Assembly (NCBI GenBank): GCA_964480835.1
Contig: CAYZRL010000001.1
Span: 1-49,531, forward strand
Reading direction: 5' to 3'
Length of the DNA: 49,531 bases
DNA from: an uncultured Gammaproteobacteria bacterium
GTDB lineage: Bacteria; Patescibacteriota; Microgenomatia; UBA1406; GWC2-37-13
Shown here: in pieces, positions 32,858 through 41,322 of the stretch
Numbering within the stretch: the first letter of the stretch is position 1
Layout: every line of letters begins with the position of its first letter
Made by a program: the position numbers and the translations under genes
Notes under the pieces: model-generated
Told to the model about the DNA's origin: nothing
Seen by the model: only the letters and a program-made list of their open reading frames with translations
Databases searched by the model: none

Positions 32858-32863
32858 ACCAAC

Positions 32864-33517
32864 ATGCTTCCAATAATCGTTGAGTCGACAGATCAAGAGC
32901 GGATCCAAAACTATCTTCTGGATTACACTCGTGAGAAACATATACCAGCGTACAATGTGTTCGAATACTCACCAGAGCTAAAGGAGTTTTCGATCCGAGA
33001 GATTCGTGAGATCATCCTGGAGACGCATCATCATACGACCGAACCTCGACTGTTCCATCTCAAAAACTTCGATACCGCATCTCTCGAGGCTCAAAATGCG
33101 TTCCTCAAGACGCTCGAAGAACATCAAGAACAGATCTCATTTGTGTTGTCCGTTGAACATGCAACTAGACTCCTTCCAACCATTCGGTCTCGATCGAAAA
33201 TTATCACGTTGAAGAACGCCCGTGGCGAACATGAAGATGGAAAAATCGACCTTTTACTGAAGCATGAGAGCTCTCCCATAAGATTTTTTGCAAAATCATC
33301 GAATACGATAGCAAAATCCGACATTCCAAAAAAACTTCAATCACTCATTACGCATTACCGTTCACGACTTCACATTGATCAATCAGCTCCGTCCATTCTT
33401 AAGAAAATTATGTACCAACAAAATCTCATGAGGTATAACAATCTTGATCCTCAGACCGCCATCGACTCGGTCATCTTAACGGTTTTAGATATCGAACGAA
33501 ATGGCAGATCGCAATAA
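32864..33517 (+). CDS. holB: DNA polymerase III delta'-like clamp-loader subunit, truncated (no Walker A region)
   Basis: LEAQNAFLKTLEEH and LLPTIRSRSKIITL match the delta'/gamma sensor region (NALLKTLEEP ... TIxSRC). It is 217 aa from ATG 32864. Confidence 0.6.
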   Translation: MLPIIVESTDQERIQNYLLDYTREKHIPAYNVFEYSPELKEFSIREIREIILETHHHTTEPRLFHLKNFDTASLEAQNAFLKTLEEHQEQISFVLSVEHATRLLPTIRSRSKIITLKNARGEHEDGKIDLLLKHESSPIRFFAKSSNTIAKSDIPKKLQSLITHYRSRLHIDQSAPSILKKIMYQQNLMRYNNLDPQTAIDSVILTVLDIERNGRSQ

Positions 33518-34973
33518 AGACGCACTTCTTACGCTATTCTCTCTGACCCTTCTGATACTGAGCACGTATCCCGGTTATGAGCTATTTATATATATTTTCA
33601 CGCTTCCGCTATATTTCCTCTTTAAAGATGTCGGCCTTAAAAAAAGCGCTGCTATCGGTCTTGGTTATGGAGCAGTGTTTGCATTCGTCTATCTGTCGTG
33701 GCTTACAAGAATGGAAACCCCAAATCTGTATATTTCGGGAATCATTCTCAACGGTATGTTCTATTCGCTGTGTTTTCTATCTGCATCGTGGGTTGCGCTC
33801 CGGTGGAAACATCATCCTGTTTTTCCAGGTCTTGCATTCGGATACTGCTACGTAATCGTACGTACGGTTGTAGGAATGCTCCCTTCAATCGGCTATCTAC
33901 GCACCTTTCTATCTCTCGGGTACCCACCTTCCATGTTCGACTGGCTACTTCCGTGGCTCGGTAGTTCCAGTGCTGATTTCTTGATTATCCAAACTGGATT
34001 TTTCCTTGGGTATTTACTCCGAACTCAAAAGGGGAAAGCGGTTGCATTATTCATCGCAGCCCTACTGTCGTGCAGTGTCGCAAATGGAATACTCCTCCGA
34101 GCTGATCGATCGCCGACGAAGAAGATTCGAGCAGGTCTCATTCAAGGTAACTTCAATTGGGTTTGGGATGAGAGAGTTGCCAGAACTGACCAAATGTTTC
34201 GGTATTTTGAAAAAACCATCATAACCCTTGCGAAAAAAGGCACGAATCTAGTAGTGCTACCGGAATATGCATTACCAGTCGACATCCTTCACGAGGCGTC
34301 TAGCTACGCAGAGCGCCTCGCAGCATTAGCGATGAAATACAAAACGGTCATCGTGATTGGCACGCTGGAGAAGGTTTCCCACCAGCCACTCGACCTTCAG
34401 CGATGGATTGGATATGATACCACTCTTATTTTTGACCCAAAGAAAATACTCCTTGAACCGTATCGTGCGATCTATCCCATCTCAGAGAATGTCATTCGAG
34501 GATCGAGACCGCTCATTCACAAAACGGGGGTTGGAGATGTGACGATATTGTCTTGCTTCGAGGTACTATACGAGCGTTTCGTATTAGACTACACCCGCTC
34601 CGAGCGGCGTCCGGATTATTTTATAACGGTGGCAAATGATCAGTTATTCGACCATACACGTGCAGGGACAAATCTCGAACGGTACCTGCGTCGATTGGCA
34701 ATTATAACCAGAACTCCGCTACTCTATGTATCAAATACCGGACCAACCGTAGCGTACGATGCTACCGGCAATGTCATCGCACGTGCACCGCAGCACATGC
34801 GGGAAACGGTCGCGCTTACCATTTCGTACACACCGGCTCGTGACTCATTCGCTTCCTACGCCGAGTTTCTCTTCATTATCTTCCTTACGAGCACGGTGAT
34901 AGCATCCTTCAAACTTAGCCGTTCGGTTGACAACCGAAACTCATCAACATACCATAAGAGAAGCTATGAATAA
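33501..34973 (+). CDS. lnt: apolipoprotein N-acyltransferase (Lnt)-like protein: polytopic N-terminal domain plus CN-hydrolase domain
   Basis: Multiple N-terminal TM helices. Nitrilase-fold motifs are LVVLPEYALP (Glu) and ILSCFEVLY (Cys-x-Glu). I could not place the catalytic Lys with confidence. Confidence 0.65.
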   Translation: MADRNKDALLTLFSLTLLILSTYPGYELFIYIFTLPLYFLFKDVGLKKSAAIGLGYGAVFAFVYLSWLTRMETPNLYISGIILNGMFYSLCFLSASWVALRWKHHPVFPGLAFGYCYVIVRTVVGMLPSIGYLRTFLSLGYPPSMFDWLLPWLGSSSADFLIIQTGFFLGYLLRTQKGKAVALFIAALLSCSVANGILLRADRSPTKKIRAGLIQGNFNWVWDERVARTDQMFRYFEKTIITLAKKGTNLVVLPEYALPVDILHEASSYAERLAALAMKYKTVIVIGTLEKVSHQPLDLQRWIGYDTTLIFDPKKILLEPYRAIYPISENVIRGSRPLIHKTGVGDVTILSCFEVLYERFVLDYTRSERRPDYFITVANDQLFDHTRAGTNLERYLRRLAIITRTPLLYVSNTGPTVAYDATGNVIARAPQHMRETVALTISYTPARDSFASYAEFLFIIFLTSTVIASFKLSRSVDNRNSSTYHKRSYE

Positions 34974-35460
34974 ACTTCTAATAACGCTCTTTGTCTTTTT
35001 TGTCGCCATTGACATCGTTCTTGCGTTCGTCGTAATGAATCCGTCGTTTCGCATGTCTGTCGCATCAATGCTCAGTGAGGGTTGCCGAGTTGTTGAAAAA
35101 AAGCAATGCAAAACAGTAACATTTAAAAATAACACTATTGCGTTATTCAAACTAAAAAAAGGAACGAAGGTTTATGCACCTGTCTCGGGAGAAGTACAGT
35201 TTGTTCCTCAGGCAATCATACCCAATGACCCAATTAAGTACCCGATACATTACCTTAAAGCATCGAACGGCGATATCTTTTACATAGTATTCGAACCTGA
35301 ACAACCGATGAACTCAGTAAAAAAAGTTGCAAAAGGGGAGTCAATCGGAACCGTAGCAGGGAAGACCTACTCCTATATGAACGGGGGCTCGTTAGCGGTG
35401 TCGGTTATCAACAATCACCGCTTTGCAAAAGCTACATTTGATTCATTATTTCGTCCGTAA
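34966..35460 (+). CDS. hypothetical membrane-anchored protein (possibly a degenerate LytM/M23-like barrel)
   Basis: The ATG at 34966 overlaps the lnt stop by 8 nt. A TM helix is present. KGTKVYAPVSGEV and KGESIGTVAGK resemble M23/LytM strands, but no HxxxD or HxH metal ligands are present. Confidence 0.45.
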   Translation: MNKLLITLFVFFVAIDIVLAFVVMNPSFRMSVASMLSEGCRVVEKKQCKTVTFKNNTIALFKLKKGTKVYAPVSGEVQFVPQAIIPNDPIKYPIHYLKASNGDIFYIVFEPEQPMNSVKKVAKGESIGTVAGKTYSYMNGGSLAVSVINNHRFAKATFDSLFRP

Positions 35461-35461
35461 C

Positions 35462-35489
35462 TTGACAGGGGATCGCTTACCGTTATAAT
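35462..35489 (+). promoter_or_regulatory. perfect consensus promoter (TTGACA-16-TATAAT)
   Basis: TTGACA at 35462-67 and TATAAT at 35484-89, 15 nt before ATG 35505. Confidence 0.6.
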
Positions 35490-35504
35490 TAACCTATAGT
35501 CGAT

Positions 35505-36515
35505 ATGTCGGAACGACCACAACCAACATTCAGTCGAAGAACCTTCCTGAAAGGCTTGGTTGGTGTGGGCGCAGTGCTTGGTATCCCTGGTTGCAGCACA
35601 CCACAATCAACGCCAGACTCAAAACCTACACTCCCTCAAACCACGCCAACGACAACCGAAACCCCTAGCCCAACTACCCTACCCTCAACATCCATACAAG
35701 AAACAACCACCACTGTCGCAGAACGAGTATTCTCATCACCAGAACAAAAAGCTCAGGTCGAAACGTTAGAATCAAATATGGCGAAGTTCTATCAACTCAC
35801 ACCTGATGACCTGAAAAATTATGAGGAAAAAGCCACTTTTATACCATATCCTGACGGTTTCACCACGATCGGAAACGACGGTGCTAATAGCACCGTCTTA
35901 GCGGTAAATCTTGGAATATTACCCGTTGGGTTTGGAGCAGAAGGTACGGGCAATCTCCAGTTTTTTGGATGTGTAGACAATTTCGGTAATTCATATGTAA
36001 TGAGCACCATTGCATCGATTCCAGACTCGGAATATACACAACGGTACCCGAATTGGAGCTTTGATCAAAAATTCGGAATAAATGTGTGGAATCCCGTGGG
36101 CAAGCCAAATGAGTATCGGACAACGACTAACGGACAGTCCGGCGGACTCAAAGAGTTGATTAGAGGAGATGAAGCTGTTCAGTATTTGAACGCAGGAGTT
36201 GGACAGCCTGTATCGATTGAAATGTCATCTTTCGACCGAGACGCAGGAGTCGGCATAGTACCAAATCAGACCCTCATCTCAATCATGGACGAGATACATC
36301 GTGCGAGTGGCAGAAAATTAACCGACACCCTATCATCATATCCTAGCGATCAACTCGAATCTGTAGGAATTTTTAATAATCCCGGACTGCAAGGTAAGGT
36401 AGAACTCCCACAGTCACTCATTAACGGATTTCCCGGCGGCTTTCGACAGGCATTTCAGTCCTTTTCTGTTGCGCTGATAAGCTCTATGTTCTCGCAGACC
36501 CCTCCACTCATCTAA
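35505..36515 (+). CDS. putative lipoprotein with a Tat-type signal and a PT-rich linker; function unknown
   Basis: The twin-arginine motif SRRTFLK is followed by an h-region and the lipobox-like LGIPGC. A TPTTTETPSPTT linker follows, then a globular domain with no recognised motif. Confidence 0.6.
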   Translation: MSERPQPTFSRRTFLKGLVGVGAVLGIPGCSTPQSTPDSKPTLPQTTPTTTETPSPTTLPSTSIQETTTTVAERVFSSPEQKAQVETLESNMAKFYQLTPDDLKNYEEKATFIPYPDGFTTIGNDGANSTVLAVNLGILPVGFGAEGTGNLQFFGCVDNFGNSYVMSTIASIPDSEYTQRYPNWSFDQKFGINVWNPVGKPNEYRTTTNGQSGGLKELIRGDEAVQYLNAGVGQPVSIEMSSFDRDAGVGIVPNQTLISIMDEIHRASGRKLTDTLSSYPSDQLESVGIFNNPGLQGKVELPQSLINGFPGGFRQAFQSFSVALISSMFSQTPPLI

Positions 36516-36545
36516 CGCTCAAAAACAGCATAGTCGTTAATGAGG

Positions 36546-36551
36546 TATACT
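36546..36551 (+). promoter_or_regulatory. -10 box (TATACT) 8 nt upstream of ATG 36560 (head of the pilus operon)
   Basis: Sequence reads GGTATACT-GATACCAT-ATG. Confidence 0.4.
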
Positions 36552-36559
36552 GATACCAT

Positions 36560-38206
36560 ATGGTTCGGAGGCTTTCAGGATATTTGCTATTAATAGTATT
36601 CTTGTTGTTTCCATCACTCTCTAATGCTCAGTCCTGTGGCGACACATATTATCAAGGAACTGCCAGATACGGCGCGTGCCCGAGCAATAAGGGCTGCCTC
36701 AACGGCTGCTCATATAGCAGTAGCAGTGTCACAAAGGCATGTAGTTATAATACGCTGTCAGCTGCGCTCGGGATTTCTCCAGCATGTACGGTATATAGAG
36801 GAGATACAGATTGTTATTTTGGCACATGTGACAGTGTTACGTTTACTCGTACATGCGATACACATAGCGTGGCATGGCTAGATAATACTGGCTTCGTCGA
36901 CAACTATACGTGTAGATACTGTCCTTACACCTCATATATAGATCAAGGCTGTGGTGGAACTTCGGATGGAGTAACCTGTACTGCGGACCAGATGCGTCAG
37001 AGGAGAACGTCCGCAACTGCGCCCTCTGTCTGCCAACCACAAACGCGCTGTAACGCAAGCGCTTCCTGTCCTTCCAACCCAAAACCAACAGCCCCTACCT
37101 TGAACACGATGACACAGACCTGTGCAGGTTCAACTCCTGAGATATCCCTCACCTGGAACAGTAATGGAACCGATGTAACCTATGCAGATCTCTCAACTGA
37201 CGCTGCATTTGGCTCCTTCTACAACAAGGCCATTGCCGCTGGGGTCACCACAACAACCGGACCAACCGGCTTTAACGCCTCACCTGCCGGTACTCCTGCT
37301 ATGTCTGCGCTTGTGGTCGGGACAACATACTATGCTCGGGTCTTTAACGGCGCAGAAAGTAACGTACTCAACCTTACCGTGAATGCTTCCTGTGCTCCAA
37401 CACCCACCAATACTCCTACCCCCACACCAACCGGTGCACCGGTAACACCATTTTTTAAGGTCAAAAACACCTCCTTCTACAAATACGGTAACCTTGACCT
37501 CATCTATCCCGCAACCTTGACCCCCTTTGACGCAGATGACACAACCAGCAATGACTTTAATCAAGATCTTTACTGTAGTGGCGTTCCCTGTTCCTCTGGA
37601 GGAGTGGTCCTGTCTCAGGGAACCACCTCACTTACCAATGCAAGGATCTCACCCACTGGTTGGAGTCGGGATAGTGTGTCTGCCGGTACCTTCAATGCAT
37701 CCTCCTTTGTTGCGTATGCAAAGTCGAAAAAGACATATACCGCAATCAACACGAACCTCAACGGGGTCACAACTGCCAATACCACCTACCTCTACACCGG
37801 CGATCTCACTCTCACACAGAGCTCCTTTCCAACAAGCACGATTCCCTCAGGAACGGTCCTGTTGGTTGAGGGGAATGTGACCGTTGGTGCAGTCGGTCAG
37901 ACAACCTTGAATACAACCGCCAATACTCCTTTTGCCCTCATCGTCACCGGAACCCTTACCTTCGCAGACGCAACCACACAGGTCAACGGTCTCTATGCCG
38001 CCTCCACAGTCAACTTTGGTACAGGCGCTGTACCGTTGAAGATTGTGGGGAATGTGGTCTCCGGATCCTCATCCGCGATCTCTCGTGTGAGAACGTCCGC
38101 ACCCTTTAATGCACCGTCTCTGTTTGTCGTCTTTGATCCAACACACTATGTTAATCTCATTGATCGAATCTCTGTTGTGAAGTCAGATTATCAACAGGTA
38201 CAGTAA
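36560..38206 (+). CDS. secreted cysteine-rich protein (548 aa), candidate pilus-associated adhesin
   Basis: Sec signal peptide (..SLSNA-QS). There are 17 Cys in the first ~190 residues, an FN3-like middle region and a PTNTPTPTPTG linker. The T/S/G/N/V-rich C-terminal region I read as beta-helix-like. Its stop overlaps the next start (TAATG). Confidence 0.7.
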   Translation: MVRRLSGYLLLIVFLLFPSLSNAQSCGDTYYQGTARYGACPSNKGCLNGCSYSSSSVTKACSYNTLSAALGISPACTVYRGDTDCYFGTCDSVTFTRTCDTHSVAWLDNTGFVDNYTCRYCPYTSYIDQGCGGTSDGVTCTADQMRQRRTSATAPSVCQPQTRCNASASCPSNPKPTAPTLNTMTQTCAGSTPEISLTWNSNGTDVTYADLSTDAAFGSFYNKAIAAGVTTTTGPTGFNASPAGTPAMSALVVGTTYYARVFNGAESNVLNLTVNASCAPTPTNTPTPTPTGAPVTPFFKVKNTSFYKYGNLDLIYPATLTPFDADDTTSNDFNQDLYCSGVPCSSGGVVLSQGTTSLTNARISPTGWSRDSVSAGTFNASSFVAYAKSKKTYTAINTNLNGVTTANTTYLYTGDLTLTQSSFPTSTIPSGTVLLVEGNVTVGAVGQTTLNTTANTPFALIVTGTLTFADATTQVNGLYAASTVNFGTGAVPLKIVGNVVSGSSSAISRVRTSAPFNAPSLFVVFDPTHYVNLIDRISVVKSDYQQVQ

Positions 38207-39012
38207 TGATGAAGACAACTATGAATACCTACAACCACTACATTAATCACCCGCGTAACCACCAACGAGGACAGATGTTACTGATCTTGGTCATGATCAT
38301 GGCGGTAGCCCTGACCGTGGTACTCACCATGACCTTCACTACCCGTACCGATACCCAGCTCACCAAGCTTGAGGAGGAGAATCAGAAGGCCTTAGCGGCC
38401 GCTGAGGCAGGGATCGAACAGAGTCTCAAGAGCGGATCGGCGATTTCAGATCTGGCAACCGGAAACTTCGCAACCGCACTCTCCTCTGGATCAACCTCCA
38501 TCTCCACGTCAGCTACCGATACCTTCACCTCGCCAACACTCACCTCCGGTGAGGCCTACACCACCTATCTTGGCACCTACACCGCAGGCTCACCGCCAAC
38601 AATTGGTGCAAGTACCGCAACCAACATCGTTGTCTGCTATGGTGCGGGTACCGCCCTTGATATTGCGCTGGTCAAGAACTCTGCACCACAGGTCAAACAC
38701 TATGTAGCTGATGTGCCTGGCGCGGGAGAGCTCATCACCGGATCAGGAAAACTCACAGTGACCCCCTGCTCAGACACGAGCTTCCCCCACGCAGTCACGA
38801 TACCAGCTGCAGATGTAGGGGTTGATAGCAAGTTCCTGGTGGTACGTGCAATAGGAGCGAGTACCAAACTCTCTATCTCAAAGTCTGGACTTCCTACACA
38901 GGGGAGAACGGTATCCTCACAGGTGACCACCAAGACGCAGGTGACAAAGAAGGTACAGCTCTTCCAGTCCTATCCACAGATCCCAGCAGAGTTCTTCTTT
39001 ACGGGTTTTTGA
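38206..39012 (+). CDS. PilX-like pilus assembly protein (N-terminal TM, non-cleavable pilin-like)
   Basis: QRGQMLLILVMIMAVALTVVL followed by ALAAAEAGIEQSL resembles the PilX_N pattern. The rest is T/S/A-rich. Confidence 0.5.
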   Translation: MMKTTMNTYNHYINHPRNHQRGQMLLILVMIMAVALTVVLTMTFTTRTDTQLTKLEEENQKALAAAEAGIEQSLKSGSAISDLATGNFATALSSGSTSISTSATDTFTSPTLTSGEAYTTYLGTYTAGSPPTIGASTATNIVVCYGAGTALDIALVKNSAPQVKHYVADVPGAGELITGSGKLTVTPCSDTSFPHAVTIPAADVGVDSKFLVVRAIGASTKLSISKSGLPTQGRTVSSQVTTKTQVTKKVQLFQSYPQIPAEFFFTGF

Positions 39013-39070
39013 TTGTGAGTGCGATCGATCCTTGACTCTGCGAAAAAAACTATGTAACGTTGTAGTAGGC

Positions 39071-39517
39071 ATGAAACTGAGTAAGCGTGGATTTAGTATC
39101 GTTGAGTTGTTGGTCGTGATTGCGATTATGGCAACACTGATAACCCTGCTCCTTCCAAACTTCGTGAATGTGCGTCAGAAGGGGCAGGACTCAAGGAGAA
39201 AGCTCGACCTTGAGCAGATTCGATCCGCTCTCGAGCAATATCGTAGTGTAAATGGATACTATCCTACATCACTGAACACACTAACCGCACCAACGGTATA
39301 TATCAGTCGGCTCCCGACCGACCCTACAACATCGAGCAGCTATCAATTTACCGCGCTCCCATCAGGTTGCGACAATACAACGACAACATGTTCTGATTAC
39401 GTTATCGGCGCTTTATTATCTACTCCTCCCACGGTTACGTGCAACATCCTTCCATCAAGCGCCTGTTCAGGACTTACCGTGTGTAATTACTGTCTCGGTC
39501 CGTACGGAGCAAAATGA
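39071..39517 (+). CDS. type IV pilin (prepilin with class III signal)
   Basis: MKLSKRG/FSIVELLVVIAIMATL carries the G-F-x-x-x-E cleavage and methylation motif. A GspG-like helix (RRKLDLEQIRSALEQYRSVNGYYP) is present. The C-terminal region contains Cys. Confidence 0.85.
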   Translation: MKLSKRGFSIVELLVVIAIMATLITLLLPNFVNVRQKGQDSRRKLDLEQIRSALEQYRSVNGYYPTSLNTLTAPTVYISRLPTDPTTSSSYQFTALPSGCDNTTTTCSDYVIGALLSTPPTVTCNILPSSACSGLTVCNYCLGPYGAK

Positions 39518-39557
39518 CCTTGAAAAAGTCAAGGTTATCCTGAATTTATTTCAGGAT
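39518..39557 (+). terminator. two tandem hairpins directly after the pilin gene (possible partial terminator or attenuator)
   Basis: CCTTGA-AAAAG-TCAAGG at 39518-34 and ATCCTGAA-TTTAT-TTCAGGAT at 39537-57. There is no clear T-tract. Confidence 0.3.
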
Positions 39558-39606
39558 CTGGATACCAGTTGTTACATGGGATACTGAAACGAGTTCAGTA
39601 TGATAT

Positions 39607-40125
39607 ATGAAAACAAAATTTAAGAAAGGATTTACGATTATCGAGTTTCTGATCGTTATTGGCTTGGTAAGCCTGATCACGACCGTCTCAATCGCAGCCT
39701 ACAATAATTTTCTTGAAACATCAAAGTTAGGAAGTGAGACGCAACGACTCATCGCAGTGCTAACGCTTGCTCAAAAACGAGCATCTACAGGGGAGAGTGT
39801 TAGTGGGGGCCTCTGTGCGGTTGACTACTCGTTCAGTGGAATACTCGTTACAACTACTGCGAGTGGGGGATATACACTTCAAGGTCAGTGTTCCCAGGAC
39901 TCAAACCCATCAAATACCTCTACCTATGGCGCGATGAGCTATACGATTGACCCATCCAACACGAACGTCATACTTCTCACATCTACTTCAGTTCTGTTTC
40001 CAAAGCTTACCGGTATTCCCGCCTCTGACGCATCGATAACCTTTAAGAATACGTCGAACAACACATGCTCGAGCGTTACGATTACGAGTGGCGTTATGAG
40101 TTCATCGAATCCATCATGTCCGTAA
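39607..40125 (+). CDS. minor pilin (GspH/FimT-like prepilin)
   Basis: MKTKFKKG/FTIIEFLIVIGLVSL, then the helix ...SETQRLIAVLTLAQKRAS, typical of the GspH/FimT type. Confidence 0.75.
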   Translation: MKTKFKKGFTIIEFLIVIGLVSLITTVSIAAYNNFLETSKLGSETQRLIAVLTLAQKRASTGESVSGGLCAVDYSFSGILVTTTASGGYTLQGQCSQDSNPSNTSTYGAMSYTIDPSNTNVILLTSTSVLFPKLTGIPASDASITFKNTSNNTCSSVTITSGVMSSSNPSCP

Positions 40126-40562
40126 ATAGACGCGGTTTTACACTCATCGAGATCCTCGTATTCACCGCGATCGTCTCTATTTTCTATGTGGTTGCCGCCG
40201 CGGTTTCTGCATACTCACTTGGTGTCATGAAAACAAATGAAAACAAAGTCTATGCAACGCACTATGCAGACGAGGTAAATGAGTGGCTCCGAAATCAAAA
40301 AGAATCGGACTGGACTACATTTTCAGCGAAATCGGGCCAGAGCTATTGCTTTAGTTCTGCAACGATCACTTCTTGGCCAAGTTCCGGTGCGTGCGAAACC
40401 ACGGGGACCGGCTCATACAGTCTTGATGGTAGATTTAATCGAACCGTAACGCTCCAAACCAGCGCTTCGAATGTCGAGGCGGCGTCAACGGTGAGTTGGA
40501 TTGGACTTTCGAGTCAGATCCAGTCGATAACCATTAGAACTGTCTTCGCGCAAATTGAATAA
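40116..40562 (+). CDS. minor pilin (PilV/GspI-like prepilin)
   Basis: MSVNRRG/FTLIEILVFTAIVSIF. The ATG at 40116 overlaps the upstream gene by 10 nt. Confidence 0.7.
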   Translation: MSVNRRGFTLIEILVFTAIVSIFYVVAAAVSAYSLGVMKTNENKVYATHYADEVNEWLRNQKESDWTTFSAKSGQSYCFSSATITSWPSSGACETTGTGSYSLDGRFNRTVTLQTSASNVEAASTVSWIGLSSQIQSITIRTVFAQIE

Positions 40563-40572
40563 CAACAGCACT

Positions 40573-41154
40573 ATGAAATTAGCATGGAAACCGGAGTCGA
40601 ACAAATCTTGGATGCGTGGATTTACATTGATTGAGTTTCTCGTGGTTTTTTCGATCGTTACGCTCGTAATTCCATCCTTATTTGGTCTCACCTATACATT
40701 AATCCGCCAACAAGGAAGAATTATCGCATTGCAAGCAGTAAAACGACAGGGAGATCTTGTCCTCAACCATATGAAGACAACGATTCGCAACAATGCTCGA
40801 GGGGTTTACAACGGCACATTAGCATCTCCAAGCGCCCTCTGTACGACCGCAGGTTCAAGCTCGTCAAATAATACGAAGGTCTACTTCCAGAAATCAACAC
40901 TCGCATCGTCTTACTTTGGCTACAGTACCACGGTCGACGCAGGGACGTCGAGGACAATACTGCAGTATGAGTCAACGGGTGCTGCAACCACGCAACTTAC
41001 AAGCACTGCGTTGTCTGTGAGCGCGATCTCGATCGGGTGCTCACGAACAACTGATTATTCGAACCCTGTTCTCACCATCTCCTACACCCTTACCGAGCCT
41101 GTCAATAACGTCTCTCTTACCTATCAAACCACAATCACACTTCGTGCCCACTGA
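40573..41154 (+). CDS. minor pilin (PilW/GspJ-like prepilin)
   Basis: ...WMRG/FTLIEFLVVFSIVTLV followed by RQQGRIIALQAVKRQGDLVLNHMKTTIRN. The start is either ATG 40573 or TTG 40555. Confidence 0.7.
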   Translation: MKLAWKPESNKSWMRGFTLIEFLVVFSIVTLVIPSLFGLTYTLIRQQGRIIALQAVKRQGDLVLNHMKTTIRNNARGVYNGTLASPSALCTTAGSSSSNNTKVYFQKSTLASSYFGYSTTVDAGTSRTILQYESTGAATTQLTSTALSVSAISIGCSRTTDYSNPVLTISYTLTEPVNNVSLTYQTTITLRAH

Positions 41155-41322
41155 TCTCTGTTGTTGACGATCGATCATATAATTTGATACTTTTAAGTAT
41201 GGCACCACTTCGCAAATCACTAAGAAAGATCATCTGCTTCGAGGTGCTCATCCTACAAAGAGATACTGAAGGAAATGCCGCAGAAGCAACTTCTATTACC
41301 AATTTATTGTTAGCGTAGGAGC

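Noticed and set aside
41200-41322. A small 40-aa ORF (MAPLRKSLRKIICFEV...) in the spacer before pilM.
   Set aside because: It has no pilin-like or other motif and no promoter or start context. It is short enough to arise by chance in a 168-bp spacer.
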